64,000 nucleotides of DNA, taken from assembly GCA_963790205.1 (NCBI GenBank), contig CAWBNQ010000008.1, positions 32,001-96,000 of the forward strand, in the 5' to 3' direction. This document shows, in pieces, positions 32,429-42,300 of this stretch (the first letter of the stretch is position 1; every line of letters starts with the position of its first letter). This DNA comes from Nitrospirota bacterium. GTDB taxonomy: Bacteria; Nitrospirota; UBA9217. A program made the position numbers and the translations under genes. Below the pieces are notes generated by a model. That model made no database searches. It worked only from the letters and a program-made list of their open reading frames with translations, and had not been told where the DNA came from.

Positions 32429-33356
32429 ACTTGACGAACTCATGCAGGCGTTCGGAGAGGCGGGCGGAGATAAGGGCGCGCTTGCCGACGCCGGCATCGC
32501 CCACCTGTCGGTCAGCGGAAGCACTATCCTGAGCGCCCGTGAGGTCGAGGGGGTCGACGTTCATGCGAGGGAGACATGGAACGGCGTCAGCGCGAACGTC
32601 ATTGTCCGCGAAGGGGTGAAGCTCCTGAAGCCCGTTCACCTCTGCTTCGGCGTGCTTCATAAAAAAGGGACCCAGAAGATCGTGATGGACGTGAAGCTCG
32701 AGAAGGATTCATCGGCGACCTTTCTCGCCCACTGCATATTCCCCAAGGCCGAGAAGGTGAGGCACATCATGGAAGCCGCGGTCGATGTCGGCGAAGGGGC
32801 CGAGATGCGCTATTCAGAGACCCATTATCACGGCCCTTACGGCGGCATCGAGGTTCTTCCCAAACTCACGGTCACTGTCGGCAAGAACGGCAGGTACTAT
32901 ACCGATTTCACGCTCGTGAACGGGAGGGTCGGCAGTCTCGCGATCGATTACGACGTTACGGCAGGCGAGAACGCCGTGGTCGAGCTTGTTGCCCGCGTTT
33001 TCGGCCATGCCGATGATGACGTGAAGATCAGGGAAAAGGTCACGCTCGCGGGCGAGAACGCGCGGGGACTCATCAAGGCGAGGGTGGCGGTCGAAGACGA
33101 GGCCACGGCCGAGATCACCGGCATCACCGAGGGCAATGCCGCGGGCTCACGGGGCCATGTCGACTGCATGGAGATCGTGAAGGACCATGCCGTGGCAAAG
33201 GCGTTCCCCTACGTGCAGGTGAACAATCCCCTGGCAAAGGTGACCCACGAGGCGGCGATCGGCAGCGTGGACAAGCGCCAGATGGAGACGCTCATGGCCC
33301 ACGGCCTTTCGCCGGAAGAGGCCGTGGATGTGATCGTGAAGGGGATACTGCGGTAA
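32421..33356 (+). CDS. sufB: SufB/SufD-like Fe-S scaffold (SmsB type)
   Basis: PVHLCFG, GHVDCMEI, THEAAIG, LMAHGL; overlaps the sufC stop. Confidence 0.85.
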   Translation: MSELDELMQAFGEAGGDKGALADAGIAHLSVSGSTILSAREVEGVDVHARETWNGVSANVIVREGVKLLKPVHLCFGVLHKKGTQKIVMDVKLEKDSSATFLAHCIFPKAEKVRHIMEAAVDVGEGAEMRYSETHYHGPYGGIEVLPKLTVTVGKNGRYYTDFTLVNGRVGSLAIDYDVTAGENAVVELVARVFGHADDDVKIREKVTLAGENARGLIKARVAVEDEATAEITGITEGNAAGSRGHVDCMEIVKDHAVAKAFPYVQVNNPLAKVTHEAAIGSVDKRQMETLMAHGLSPEEAVDVIVKGILR

Positions 33357-33512
33357 CTCGCGGGCGGTGAAGCCGCCGCAGCGCGCCAGCGCAAGGTCGG
33401 CTCTACCGCCTTGTTGTGCGTCTTAATTTCTTTGATTTTTTAGTTTATTTTAGTTTTTAACCTACTCGACCCCTCAAGTCAGCGAGACAGTTAGCGAGAA
33501 AAAGCTATAGCT

Positions 33513-33932
33513 TCATGTCTTTTTACTTTTGTGTACTTTCGCTCGAGTATCCGCAGGCGCTTTCTTCTTCAATTTGGCACGATTGTAATCAACAGCGGCA
33601 CGGACGAGATTTTTTAGAGCACGCTCATTAATCTTATCGCCCTCGAAAAAATCGATTGCTCGTCTCGCGTCGCCTTCGAGGCCCGCGTTGAAAAGCTTGT
33701 CAGGATCTGGGAGGCTCGCCCCGTGGGCAAAGGTAAGCTTCACCTTCTCTTTGTGGGCGTTGGCGACCGCGATTATTCCGTCGTGAGACCACACTGGGCT
33801 TCCCATCCACTTCCATTCCTCGATTATCTCCCGGTCGGTCTCAAGGATGCTCTTGCGGATGCTGGCGAACGTTTTGCCACGCCAGTCTGTGAGTTCTGCG
33901 ATCAGCTGGTCAATACGTTCCGATGGATTCAT
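33513..33932 (-). CDS. DUF1801 (YdhG-like) domain protein
   Basis: EEWKWMGSPVW, VKLTFAHGASLPDP, RRAID. Confidence 0.88.
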   Translation of the reverse strand: MNPSERIDQLIAELTDWRGKTFASIRKSILETDREIIEEWKWMGSPVWSHDGIIAVANAHKEKVKLTFAHGASLPDPDKLFNAGLEGDARRAIDFFEGDKINERALKNLVRAAVDYNRAKLKKKAPADTRAKVHKSKKT

Positions 33933-34432
33933 AGGATCTTTATGCCGTCCTTTTCAGTTTTTTTATCTTTGAAGGGGCGCGGCCCTGAGGAATTGTCGGG
34001 GGTTGAGCGAAGGGATCGAATGGTTATTCTATTACGATTGGTGTCTGCTATCTTGTCGCTACCTGGAATGAAAAAACATGGGCATTTCTTTAAATCTTCT
34101 CAATGCCCGCTGCTCAAGCGTGCCCGGCCTTTTTAGAGTCCTGTTTCCTTTTCAGTCTGAATTGTGCAATGAGATTATGCAGGGCAGCGGCCGCCTGGAT
34201 CGCGGGGCGCCGGTAGGACGGGTGTGTTAATGCGATAGCAGGCGAGGAATGTACTGATGAAGCGGGACGGGCATTGCTGGCGCTCATTTTCATGGCATGG
34301 CCTCCGGAAGATTGTTGTGTCACCGGGTGAAATGGCTGCTTCTGGGATGAGACTACAGTTTAATAATTATAATTTGAGATGTCAATGAAAATTATTGTTC
34401 ATTATTGTTTATATAGTTTAGCGGTCGCTAAA

Positions 34433-35677
34433 CTATGAAGGTGCGTACTTTTTGAATACGAGCGCGGCGTTGATCCCGCCGAAGCCGAGGGAGAGGGAAA
34501 GGGCGGTCTGTATGTCTTTCTTTCTGGCCTTGTTCGGGACGAAGTCCAGGTCGCATTCGGGGTCGGGGGTTTCGTAGTTGATCGTGGGCGGGATCATGCC
34601 GTGGCTCAGGGCAAGGGCGGTGATCGCGGCCTCGACCGCGCCTGCCGCGCCGAGCATGTGGCCGAGCATGGATTTGGACGAGCTCACCGCGAGGTTACAC
34701 GCCTGTTCGCCGAAGGCCTTTTTGATCGCGAGCGTTTCGGCCCGGTCGTTCGACACGGTCGACGTCCCGTGGGCGTTGAGGTAGCCGAGCTCTTCCGGTC
34801 TCGTGCCGGCGTCGGAAAGCGCAAGCGACAGGGCGCGGCCGGGGCCGTCTCCCGAAGGTTCCGGGTTCGTGTAGTGGTACGCGTCCGAAGACAGGCCGTA
34901 CCCTGCCAGTTCTGCGTAAATTTTCGCGCCCCGCTTTCGGGCGTGGTCCAGCTCTTCAAGCACGACCACGCCCGCGCCCTCTGAGAGCACGAAGCCGTCC
35001 CGGTGTTTGTCAAAGGGCCTGCTTGCTTTTTCCGGCTCGTCGTTCCTCAGGGAAAGGGCTTTGGCCCGGCAGAACCCCGCCAGCACGAGCGGCGTAAGCG
35101 ATGCTTCGGCGCCCCCGGCCAGCATCACGTCCGCGTCGCCGCGCTGAATGATCTTCATGGCCTCGCCCAGGGCGTGGGTCCCCGTCGCGCATGCGGTGGA
35201 AACGTCGAGGCACGGCCCCTTCGCTCCGAGCTTCAGGGAGATAAACCCCGAGGCCATGTTGACGAGCGACATGGGCGTGAAGAACGGAGAGACCCCCTTC
35301 GGCCCTTTGGCGAGCAGCTCAATCATGTTCTTCTCCATGGTGGTCACCCCGCCGCGACCGGAGCCGACCAGGACACCGGTTCGGAGTTCGGAGTCCGGAG
35401 TCAGGGAAAGACGGGCATCTTCGACTGCCATCAAGGCGGCGGCCAGGGCGTACTGGATGAAGGGGTCCGTCTTGTGCACTTCCTTCCGGGTCATGAACCT
35501 GATCGGATCGAACCCCTTGATCTCGCCTGCGATGCGGCAGGTAAAGGCCGAGGCATCGAAGCGCGTGACCCGGCCGATGCCCGATGAACCATCGAGCAGT
35601 TTTCTCCAGGTCTCTTCCATGCTGTTGCCGAGCGGCGTGAGCGCCCCCAGTCCTGTAATGACCACCCGAGCTTTCAT
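34433..35677 (-). CDS. fabF: Beta-ketoacyl-ACP synthase II
   Basis: RVVITGLG, TACATG, NAHGTST, KSMLGH, GFGG. Confidence 0.93.
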   Translation of the reverse strand: MKARVVITGLGALTPLGNSMEETWRKLLDGSSGIGRVTRFDASAFTCRIAGEIKGFDPIRFMTRKEVHKTDPFIQYALAAALMAVEDARLSLTPDSELRTGVLVGSGRGGVTTMEKNMIELLAKGPKGVSPFFTPMSLVNMASGFISLKLGAKGPCLDVSTACATGTHALGEAMKIIQRGDADVMLAGGAEASLTPLVLAGFCRAKALSLRNDEPEKASRPFDKHRDGFVLSEGAGVVVLEELDHARKRGAKIYAELAGYGLSSDAYHYTNPEPSGDGPGRALSLALSDAGTRPEELGYLNAHGTSTVSNDRAETLAIKKAFGEQACNLAVSSSKSMLGHMLGAAGAVEAAITALALSHGMIPPTINYETPDPECDLDFVPNKARKKDIQTALSLSLGFGGINAALVFKKYAPS

Positions 35678-35684
35678 GGCGCGC

Positions 35685-35713
35685 AGTATAAGATTTTTTA
35701 CGCTCTTTGTCAA
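35685..35713 (-). promoter_or_regulatory. Sigma70 promoter of fabF, probably leaderless
   Basis: TTGACA-17-TATACT ending 7 nt before ATG 35677. Confidence 0.7.
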
Positions 35714-35742
35714 AAAGTGATTTTTTGAGACAGGGATTAAGT

Positions 35743-35770
35743 TTGACAAGCTCCTGTTTTATGCTATAGT
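35743..35770 (+). promoter_or_regulatory. Divergent sigma70 promoter of the DUF4912-GH57 operon
   Basis: TTGACA-16-TATAGT with TG extension. Confidence 0.65.
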
Positions 35771-35818
35771 TTAAACGTGAGTCGGACCTCAATCGCTTCA
35801 AGGAAGGGGGTATTGAGC

Positions 35819-36706
35819 ATGAAAAAGTCAGAACTGCAAGTCATGATAGTAAGTGAACTCAAAGCCCTGGCCAAGAAGATGAAAGTAGTCGTGCCCCCGG
35901 GGGCCAAGAAGGCCGATATCGTTGAAGCCTTGTCAGCAGCGTTTAAGCGTAACAATAAGACCAAGACCGCGGCAGTCAAGAAGACCTCGAAGAGCGGGAA
36001 AACGAGCGCCGGAAAAACGACAGTACGGAAGCGCACGCCGGTGAAAAAACCGGCCCAAGCTCCACTAGCCGCGCCCGCGCGTGAATGGAAACTGCCGCCG
36101 GGAGCAGAGGAACCGCTCATGGCGCAGGAGCGCGTGTCCGAGGCAAAGTATTATACCGGGCCGGTACAGGAACATCGTCCGGGCCATGAAGATCTTCCCG
36201 ACGGCTACGGTGAAGAGAAGATCGCGCTCATGGTGCGGGACCCCTATCTTGTCCATGCCTACTGGGAAGTGACGCCCGCGCGCATCGAGCGTGAGAAGGC
36301 CTGGTTCGGATGGAACAGCAAGCTCGCCGTGCGCATCTACGATGTGACCGGCATCCAGTTCGACGGACGGAACGCCCTCGGGTATTTCGACCAGGAAATC
36401 TTCGAGAGGCTGGGAAGCTGGTATTTCGACGTGGGACGGCCCTCGCATGCCTTTGTCGCGGACGTAGGCCTCCTTTCTCCTGAAGGAAAGTTCCTTACCC
36501 TGGCGAGATCGAACCCTATCTCAATGCCGCGGGACGGCGTGTCCGATGTGCTCGATGAGGAGTGGATGCTCGTGGATGAGGAGTTCTGGAAGCTCTACGG
36601 TTTCCCGGGCGGGCCTTCCTCGCCGCAGATCCAGGAGATGATAAAGCGCAGGCGCATGCAGCAGATCACTTCGCCGGGCACCTTTGCGCGGGCAAAGAGG
36701 AAATAG
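35819..36706 (+). CDS. DUF4912 domain protein with Rho-N-like N-terminus
   Basis: ELKALAK...KKADIV, Lys-rich linker, LPDGYG, VRDP, AYWE, RIYDVT, ARSN. Confidence 0.88.
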   Translation: MKKSELQVMIVSELKALAKKMKVVVPPGAKKADIVEALSAAFKRNNKTKTAAVKKTSKSGKTSAGKTTVRKRTPVKKPAQAPLAAPAREWKLPPGAEEPLMAQERVSEAKYYTGPVQEHRPGHEDLPDGYGEEKIALMVRDPYLVHAYWEVTPARIEREKAWFGWNSKLAVRIYDVTGIQFDGRNALGYFDQEIFERLGSWYFDVGRPSHAFVADVGLLSPEGKFLTLARSNPISMPRDGVSDVLDEEWMLVDEEFWKLYGFPGGPSSPQIQEMIKRRRMQQITSPGTFARAKRK

Positions 36707-36896
36707 ACATTGGGGCCCGCTTTGCGCGGAGGTCGCGCGGCAATGAGATCAAAGTCCATCCTTCTGTGGATGGACTTTTTGTTTGCAGTTTGTCTTTCGT
36801 GCTCTCGCAGAGATTATGAAAAACAGCAGGATCAAGGACAATAAAAAGCACGTGAAGCCCGCAGCCGCCGTGAAGCCCGGAGGAATGAAAAGACAC

Positions 36897-38477
36897 ATGG
36901 AAAAAGGCTACCTCGCGCTGGTGTTCCACAGTCATTTGCCCTTTGTACGGCATCCGGAACACGACCGGTTCCTGGAGGAAGACTGGCTGTACGAGGCGAT
37001 TACCGAGACCTACATCCCGATCATCAACGTGTTCGACGGGCTCGTGAACGACGGCGTGGACTTCCGCGTCACCATGAGCCTCACCCCGACGCTCATCGCC
37101 ATGCTCACGGACCCCCTGCTGCAGCAGCGCTACGTCCGGCATATCACGAAGCTGATCGAGCTGGCGGAAAAGGAAGTAACGAGGACCGCGAACCAGCCCG
37201 AGTTCAACCCCATCGCGCACATGTACCTCAACCTGTTCAGGAACGCCCTCGCCGTGTTCGAGGAAAAGTACGGCCGCAACCTCGTGGCCGCCTTCAAAAA
37301 ATTCCAGGACCTGGGAAAGGTGGAGATCATCACCTGCGGCGCCACGCACGGGTTCCTGCCCCTGATGCTGAACCAGAAGGCCGTCCGCGCTCAGATCATG
37401 GTTGCCGTCGAACAGCACACGAAGCACCTCGGCAGGGCGCCGAAGGGGATCTGGCTGCCGGAGTGCGGTTATTACGAAGGGCTCGACGAGATCCTGCACG
37501 AGGCCGGCATCCGCTACTTTTTTACGGACTCCCACGGCGTGTTCCACGCTTCGCCCCGGCCGAAATACGGCGTTTACGCGCCGATCTACTGCAAGTCCGG
37601 TGTCGCCGCTTTCGGCCGGGACCTCGAGTCTTCAAAACAGGTCTGGAGCTCGGTCGAGGGCTACCCCGGCGATTACAACTACCGAGAATTCTACCGTGAT
37701 GTCGGATTTGACCTGGACTACGAGTATGTCAAGCCGTATCTCCATCCCGACGGCGTGCGCGTGAACCTGGGGGTCAAGTATTACAAGATCACGGGCACGA
37801 CGGACCACAAGGACCCCTACATCCGGCAGTGGGCGCTCGACCGGGCGGCCGCTCACGCGGGCAACTTTCTCTTCAACCGGGAGAAGCAGGTCGAGTGGCT
37901 TGCCGGCATCTTCAACGACCGGAAGCCGATCATCGTTGCTCCCTATGACGCCGAGCTCTACGGCCACTGGTGGTTCGAAGGGCCGGACTGGATCAACTTT
38001 CTCATCCGAAAGATCGCGTATGACCAAAAGACCGTCCGCCTTATCACGCCGACGGAATACCTCGCCGAGAACCCCACATGCCAGGTCTCGAACCCGTCCC
38101 TGTCGAGCTGGGGCTACAAGGGGTATTCGGAGGTATGGCTCGACGGTTCGAACGACTGGATCTACCGCCACCTGCACAAAGCCGCTGACCGAATGGTCGA
38201 GCTTGCCGGCTCTTTCCCTCATGCCGAGGGGATTCTTCTGCGGGCGCTGAACCAGGCGGCGCGGGAACTGCTCCTGGCGCAGAGCTCGGACTGGGCCTTC
38301 ATCCTCAAGACCGGCAGTCACGTCGAATACGCCGTCAAACGGACCAGGGACCACGTACTCCGCTTCACAAGACTCTACGACGATATTAAAAGAAATAGCA
38401 TTGACGAAGGATGGCTCGGGGATATAGAATACAAGGACAATATTTTCCCTGATATGGACTATCGCGTGTATGCTTAA
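36897..38477 (+). CDS. GH57 1,4-alpha-glucan branching enzyme (DUF1957)
   Basis: HSHLPFV, ETYIP, GIWLPECGY, YDAELYGHWWFEG, QSSDW. Confidence 0.93.
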   Translation: MEKGYLALVFHSHLPFVRHPEHDRFLEEDWLYEAITETYIPIINVFDGLVNDGVDFRVTMSLTPTLIAMLTDPLLQQRYVRHITKLIELAEKEVTRTANQPEFNPIAHMYLNLFRNALAVFEEKYGRNLVAAFKKFQDLGKVEIITCGATHGFLPLMLNQKAVRAQIMVAVEQHTKHLGRAPKGIWLPECGYYEGLDEILHEAGIRYFFTDSHGVFHASPRPKYGVYAPIYCKSGVAAFGRDLESSKQVWSSVEGYPGDYNYREFYRDVGFDLDYEYVKPYLHPDGVRVNLGVKYYKITGTTDHKDPYIRQWALDRAAAHAGNFLFNREKQVEWLAGIFNDRKPIIVAPYDAELYGHWWFEGPDWINFLIRKIAYDQKTVRLITPTEYLAENPTCQVSNPSLSSWGYKGYSEVWLDGSNDWIYRHLHKAADRMVELAGSFPHAEGILLRALNQAARELLLAQSSDWAFILKTGSHVEYAVKRTRDHVLRFTRLYDDIKRNSIDEGWLGDIEYKDNIFPDMDYRVYA

Positions 38478-39906
38478 GCCGTCCGTTGTCAAAGAACTGA
38501 AAACGATCGTCGGTCCCGACAACCTGTTCACTGCGCCCGAAGAACTTGTCGTCTATTCCTACGATGCCACGCAGCGGGAGTCCCTCCCGTGGGCCGTGGC
38601 GCGCCCGGCCGCTACCGAAGAAGTGTCAAGGATACTCATCCTTGCGAACCGCGAACGGTTCCCCGTGATACCGCGCGGAGCAGGGACCGGCATGTCGGGC
38701 GGTTCGGTCCCGGTCCAAGGCGGCGTTGTCCTCTCCTTCGAGCGCATGAACCATATCCTCGAGATCGACGAGGACGATCTCCTTGCCGTGGTCGAGCCGG
38801 GTGTCGTGACCGGCGATTTGCAACGGGAGGTAGAATCCCGCGGGCTGTTCTACCCGCCGGACCCGGCCAGCCATCAGTTCTGCACTATGGGCGGGAACGT
38901 GGCCGAGTGCGCGGGCGGCCTTCGCGCCGTGAAATACGGCGTCACCAAGGACTATGTATTGGGCCTTGAAGTCGTGCTGCCTACCGGCGAGGTCATCCGC
39001 ACGGGCGCACGGACCGCTAAAAGCGTTGCGGGCTACGACCTCACCAGGCTCATGGTAGGGTCCGAGGGCACCCTCGGCATCGCGACCAAGATCATCGTCA
39101 AGCTCCTTCCCCTGCCCGAAAGCGTGCGTACGCTCTCCGCTTTTTTCAGGTCCGTCGAGAACGCCGCGGTCGCGGCATCGAGCATCATCGCGGGCCGTAT
39201 CCTTCCCCGCGCTCTCGAACTCGTGGACCAGGCCGCTCTCCGCGCCGTCGAGCGTTATCTTAAGCAGGACCTGTCAGGCGGCGCCGCGGCAATGCTCATT
39301 GTAGAAGTAGACGGGCCGATTGAGTCAACGGCGCGCGACATCGGGCGCGTGGAAGAGCTCATGACCCGGGCCGGAGCGATGCGGGTTACGAGGGCGGAGA
39401 CCGACGTTGAACGGGAACAGATATGGAAGGCGCGGCGGGCGATCTCCCCGGCACTGTACACCATAAAGCCGAAAAAAGTGAATGAAGACATCGTGGTGCC
39501 GCGAAGCAAGATCCCCGACATCCTGCGGGCCATCGATGAGATAGCAAAGCGTCATGACCTCCTGATCGTGAATTTCGGCCATGCCGGGGACGGCAACATT
39601 CATACGAACATCATGATCGACGAAGCCGGGGCGGAGCGCGCCGAAATCGCGGTAAAAGAGCTTTTTGAGGCGACCCTGCGCCTGGGCGGAAGCATCTCGG
39701 GAGAGCACGGCATCGGCCTGTCCAAGGCCCGCTACCTCCCGATGGAACTGGGAGATGTCGCGCTCGGCGTGATGAAAAAAATAAAGGGTACGCTCGATCC
39801 GAACAACATACTGAACCCGGGAAAGATATTTCTCAATGAGGAACCACCCCTCACCCCGCCCTCTCCCCTGAGGGGGCAAGTGAAGGTTCGCATAGGAAGG
39901 GATTAA
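38470..39906 (+). CDS. glcD: FAD-linked oxidase, GlcD/D-lactate dehydrogenase family
   Basis: PRGAGTG, PPDPAS, GSEGTLG, GHAGDGNIH, GEHGIG, LNPGK. Confidence 0.85.
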   Translation: MLKPSVVKELKTIVGPDNLFTAPEELVVYSYDATQRESLPWAVARPAATEEVSRILILANRERFPVIPRGAGTGMSGGSVPVQGGVVLSFERMNHILEIDEDDLLAVVEPGVVTGDLQREVESRGLFYPPDPASHQFCTMGGNVAECAGGLRAVKYGVTKDYVLGLEVVLPTGEVIRTGARTAKSVAGYDLTRLMVGSEGTLGIATKIIVKLLPLPESVRTLSAFFRSVENAAVAASSIIAGRILPRALELVDQAALRAVERYLKQDLSGGAAAMLIVEVDGPIESTARDIGRVEELMTRAGAMRVTRAETDVEREQIWKARRAISPALYTIKPKKVNEDIVVPRSKIPDILRAIDEIAKRHDLLIVNFGHAGDGNIHTNIMIDEAGAERAEIAVKELFEATLRLGGSISGEHGIGLSKARYLPMELGDVALGVMKKIKGTLDPNNILNPGKIFLNEEPPLTPPSPLRGQVKVRIGRD

Positions 39907-39908
39907 AG

Positions 39909-40604
39909 GTGAGGGGCGTCATGTTGCGGAATGCGGAGTGCGGGATGCGGAGTGAAAGACACAAAGGCCTCAGCACGGCGACCGGCATCGCTGTTGTTTT
40001 GACCTTCCTGCTCTGGTCATATTCAGTATGCTGGGCCGGGACTGATCCCGTCCCCTCTTCGATCGAGGGGCTCCGCGCAGAGGTCCAGACCCTGGAGCAG
40101 GAGGCTGCCCAGCTTGAGGAAGAGAACCAGGGGCTCAGAAACATGCTCAAGGACGCTGACGATGACAAGCTCTACCTGGTCGTTGACACGGAAAACAACC
40201 GGCTTACGATGAGACAGGGAGGCGCAATCCTGCTCACGGCAATCGTCGGAACGGGAAGCCGGCAGTCCGTGGAATCCGAGACGGGCAGGGACTGGTATTT
40301 CGAGAGCCCCACCGGATCCCTTACGGTCCTCGGCAAGGAGCGGAACCCAGCCTGGATCAGGCCGGACTGGTCCTACGTGGAAGAGAACATGCCCGTGCCG
40401 CCCGAGCATGACCCGGACAGGATCGTGCGGGGGGTGCTGGGCAAATACGCTCTCATCCTCGGGAACGGCTACAAAATACACGGGACCAAGTGGACCAGCC
40501 TTCTGGGGACCCACTTTACCCACGGGTGCATATCCGTGGGCGACAAAAACCTCGAGATACTGTACAAGTCCGTTCAGATCGGCACCAAGGTGTACATTTA
40601 TTAG
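39909..40604 (+). CDS. L,D-transpeptidase (YkuD) with N-terminal coiled coil; start uncertain
   Basis: Signal/TM, coiled coil, IHGT...THGCI catalytic motif. Confidence 0.85.
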   Translation: MRGVMLRNAECGMRSERHKGLSTATGIAVVLTFLLWSYSVCWAGTDPVPSSIEGLRAEVQTLEQEAAQLEEENQGLRNMLKDADDDKLYLVVDTENNRLTMRQGGAILLTAIVGTGSRQSVESETGRDWYFESPTGSLTVLGKERNPAWIRPDWSYVEENMPVPPEHDPDRIVRGVLGKYALILGNGYKIHGTKWTSLLGTHFTHGCISVGDKNLEILYKSVQIGTKVYIY

Positions 40605-40735
40605 CGCGGAGCTTGCTTTGCCGGAGATTCATCATCGCGGGGATAAAGGCCGGGCGATTGAGGGCCGAATAACGAAGTCCGGAACCAGATTGTCTGTGCT
40701 CAAGCTCTGACCGGGGGAAAGGCGCGCGGTGTTTT

Positions 40736-41242
40736 ATGGACTATCGACGGGTGATCTTGCTTCTTGCCGCCTCGCTGTTTCTTATGGGCGCGGACAACGG
40801 CGGACCGGGAGCGGACGAGCAGGCAAAGCTCCTGGAACAGCGAAAACAGCTGAACGCCAGGATCGCGACGCTCAATCAAGAGCAGGATTACCTGCTCTTT
40901 CAGAAGATGATGTACGCCTCCGACTCCAAGTACCTGGTCATCGATATCACGGCGCGCACCGGGCAATTGAAGTACAAGAACCGGATACTCAAGGATTTTC
41001 ATTTTACTTCAGCGGGCCGTATCGGCATGCTGAAACGGGGGGCGTTCACGCTTACGAAAAAGAGCGAGGGGCCAAAAACCGGGAATCTGCTGATCTTCGA
41101 CCCATCCCTGGTCCTGCAGGGCAAACACGTTCAGGCTACCCGGCTTCCGGCGGGAATTCCGCGTTTTTTGCTTTCGAAAAAAGACCTCCGGTCCGTTTTT
41201 TATGCAGTCGAGGCCGGGGCGAAAGCGTATATCATGCCTTGA
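40736..41242 (+). CDS. Secreted coiled-coil protein with degenerate YkuD-like domain
   Basis: Signal peptide, coiled coil, KYLVID and GAKAYI align with the upstream LDT; no HGC. Confidence 0.6.
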   Translation: MDYRRVILLLAASLFLMGADNGGPGADEQAKLLEQRKQLNARIATLNQEQDYLLFQKMMYASDSKYLVIDITARTGQLKYKNRILKDFHFTSAGRIGMLKRGAFTLTKKSEGPKTGNLLIFDPSLVLQGKHVQATRLPAGIPRFLLSKKDLRSVFYAVEAGAKAYIMP

Positions 41243-41385
41243 GGGAACATGCTCTGATGATTACGCCGGATATTCTCAGCGACGATAGTGTCCGCGCTCC
41301 CCGCTGCATACCCAGGTCTTGTTTCTGCCCCGACGTGCGGTTTGTCCGGTCCGTTGACCAGGCGTCTGCGCCCGCTTTCACCGGT

Positions 41386-42300
41386 TTAATAGGTTGGTTC
41401 CAGTTGGACCGTTATCTTAATATCGCTGGTTCGCGTGGAGAACACGCCCGATGAGCTGTCACGAAGTATGAGATAATAATCACCGCCGCTGATATCCGCC
41501 GAGTGTCGGTAGTTCTTGCTTTTCGTGACCATAAAATCAGCGGCCTTTTGGAACTCTTTTTGCTGCTTGAAATTTTCCAATTCCGAGCTCGGTATCACAC
41601 ATGCGTCAATGGGGTTGCCGTGAACGACGCTCATAACCAGGCTGAGAGCGCCGCCGGAGGCCAGGCGCAGGGGAAAGGCTTTCCAATCGCCTATTTTTAT
41701 CTTTTCAACGGCATCGATAAGAGTAATCGGCGCATGAGTGACGCCGGCGGCCGGTTTCTCCTGCCTGTCTTGTCTGGCAATGCCGAGGATTTCACCGTCT
41801 TTGACCCTGACCACTTTGACCAATGCGGTTACGGCGTTGCCGGATACAAACGCTTTCCCGGTCACGATCACGTCCATCCCCGTGATGCGGCCGATCTCGG
41901 CGGCGGTCCGCTCTGAGAGAGCTTGCGCGGGCAGGTTCTTTTCGCGCAGGATATCATCCAGCCTGCCGGGATCAATGATGGCGATAGTGTCCCGTTTTCC
42001 CGAATCGTCAATCTTCCTCATGACGTTCGCGGTGAACTCTTCCGTGAACCGGGCCCCCCTGTCTTTTAATTCGTCTTCCGATAATTTTTTTTCAGTATCC
42101 ACGGACGAAACGCTGAAATCAAAAATAACGACTTTTATCTTCCCGTGGGAGGACTCCCCGATGAGAAGATGGGCAACCTGGTCCGCTACCGGTTCGCCGG
42201 CCGCGTACGCATATGGTTTTTCGTACAGCGGAAGGGCGCTTGATCCTACAAAAAATACCGTCAACAGCAGCAGACGAACGAACGGATTTTTCACGTGCAT
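41386..42300 (-). CDS. Exported hypothetical protein (CsgG/FlgO-like N-domain plus beta-rich C-domain)
   Basis: GAAGGAG SD before ATG 42300, signal peptide, AAEIGRITGMDVIVTG...VRVKDGEI pattern. Confidence 0.6.
   Translation of the reverse strand: MHVKNPFVRLLLLTVFFVGSSALPLYEKPYAYAAGEPVADQVAHLLIGESSHGKIKVVIFDFSVSSVDTEKKLSEDELKDRGARFTEEFTANVMRKIDDSGKRDTIAIIDPGRLDDILREKNLPAQALSERTAAEIGRITGMDVIVTGKAFVSGNAVTALVKVVRVKDGEILGIARQDRQEKPAAGVTHAPITLIDAVEKIKIGDWKAFPLRLASGGALSLVMSVVHGNPIDACVIPSSELENFKQQKEFQKAADFMVTKSKNYRHSADISGGDYYLILRDSSSGVFSTRTSDIKITVQLEPTY

Noticed and set aside
33463..34010. Mobile cassette around the DUF1801 gene (CTCGACCCC / GGGGTTGAG flanks)
   Set aside because: The inverted match is only about 9 bp and imperfect; no attC structure, target duplication or recombinase
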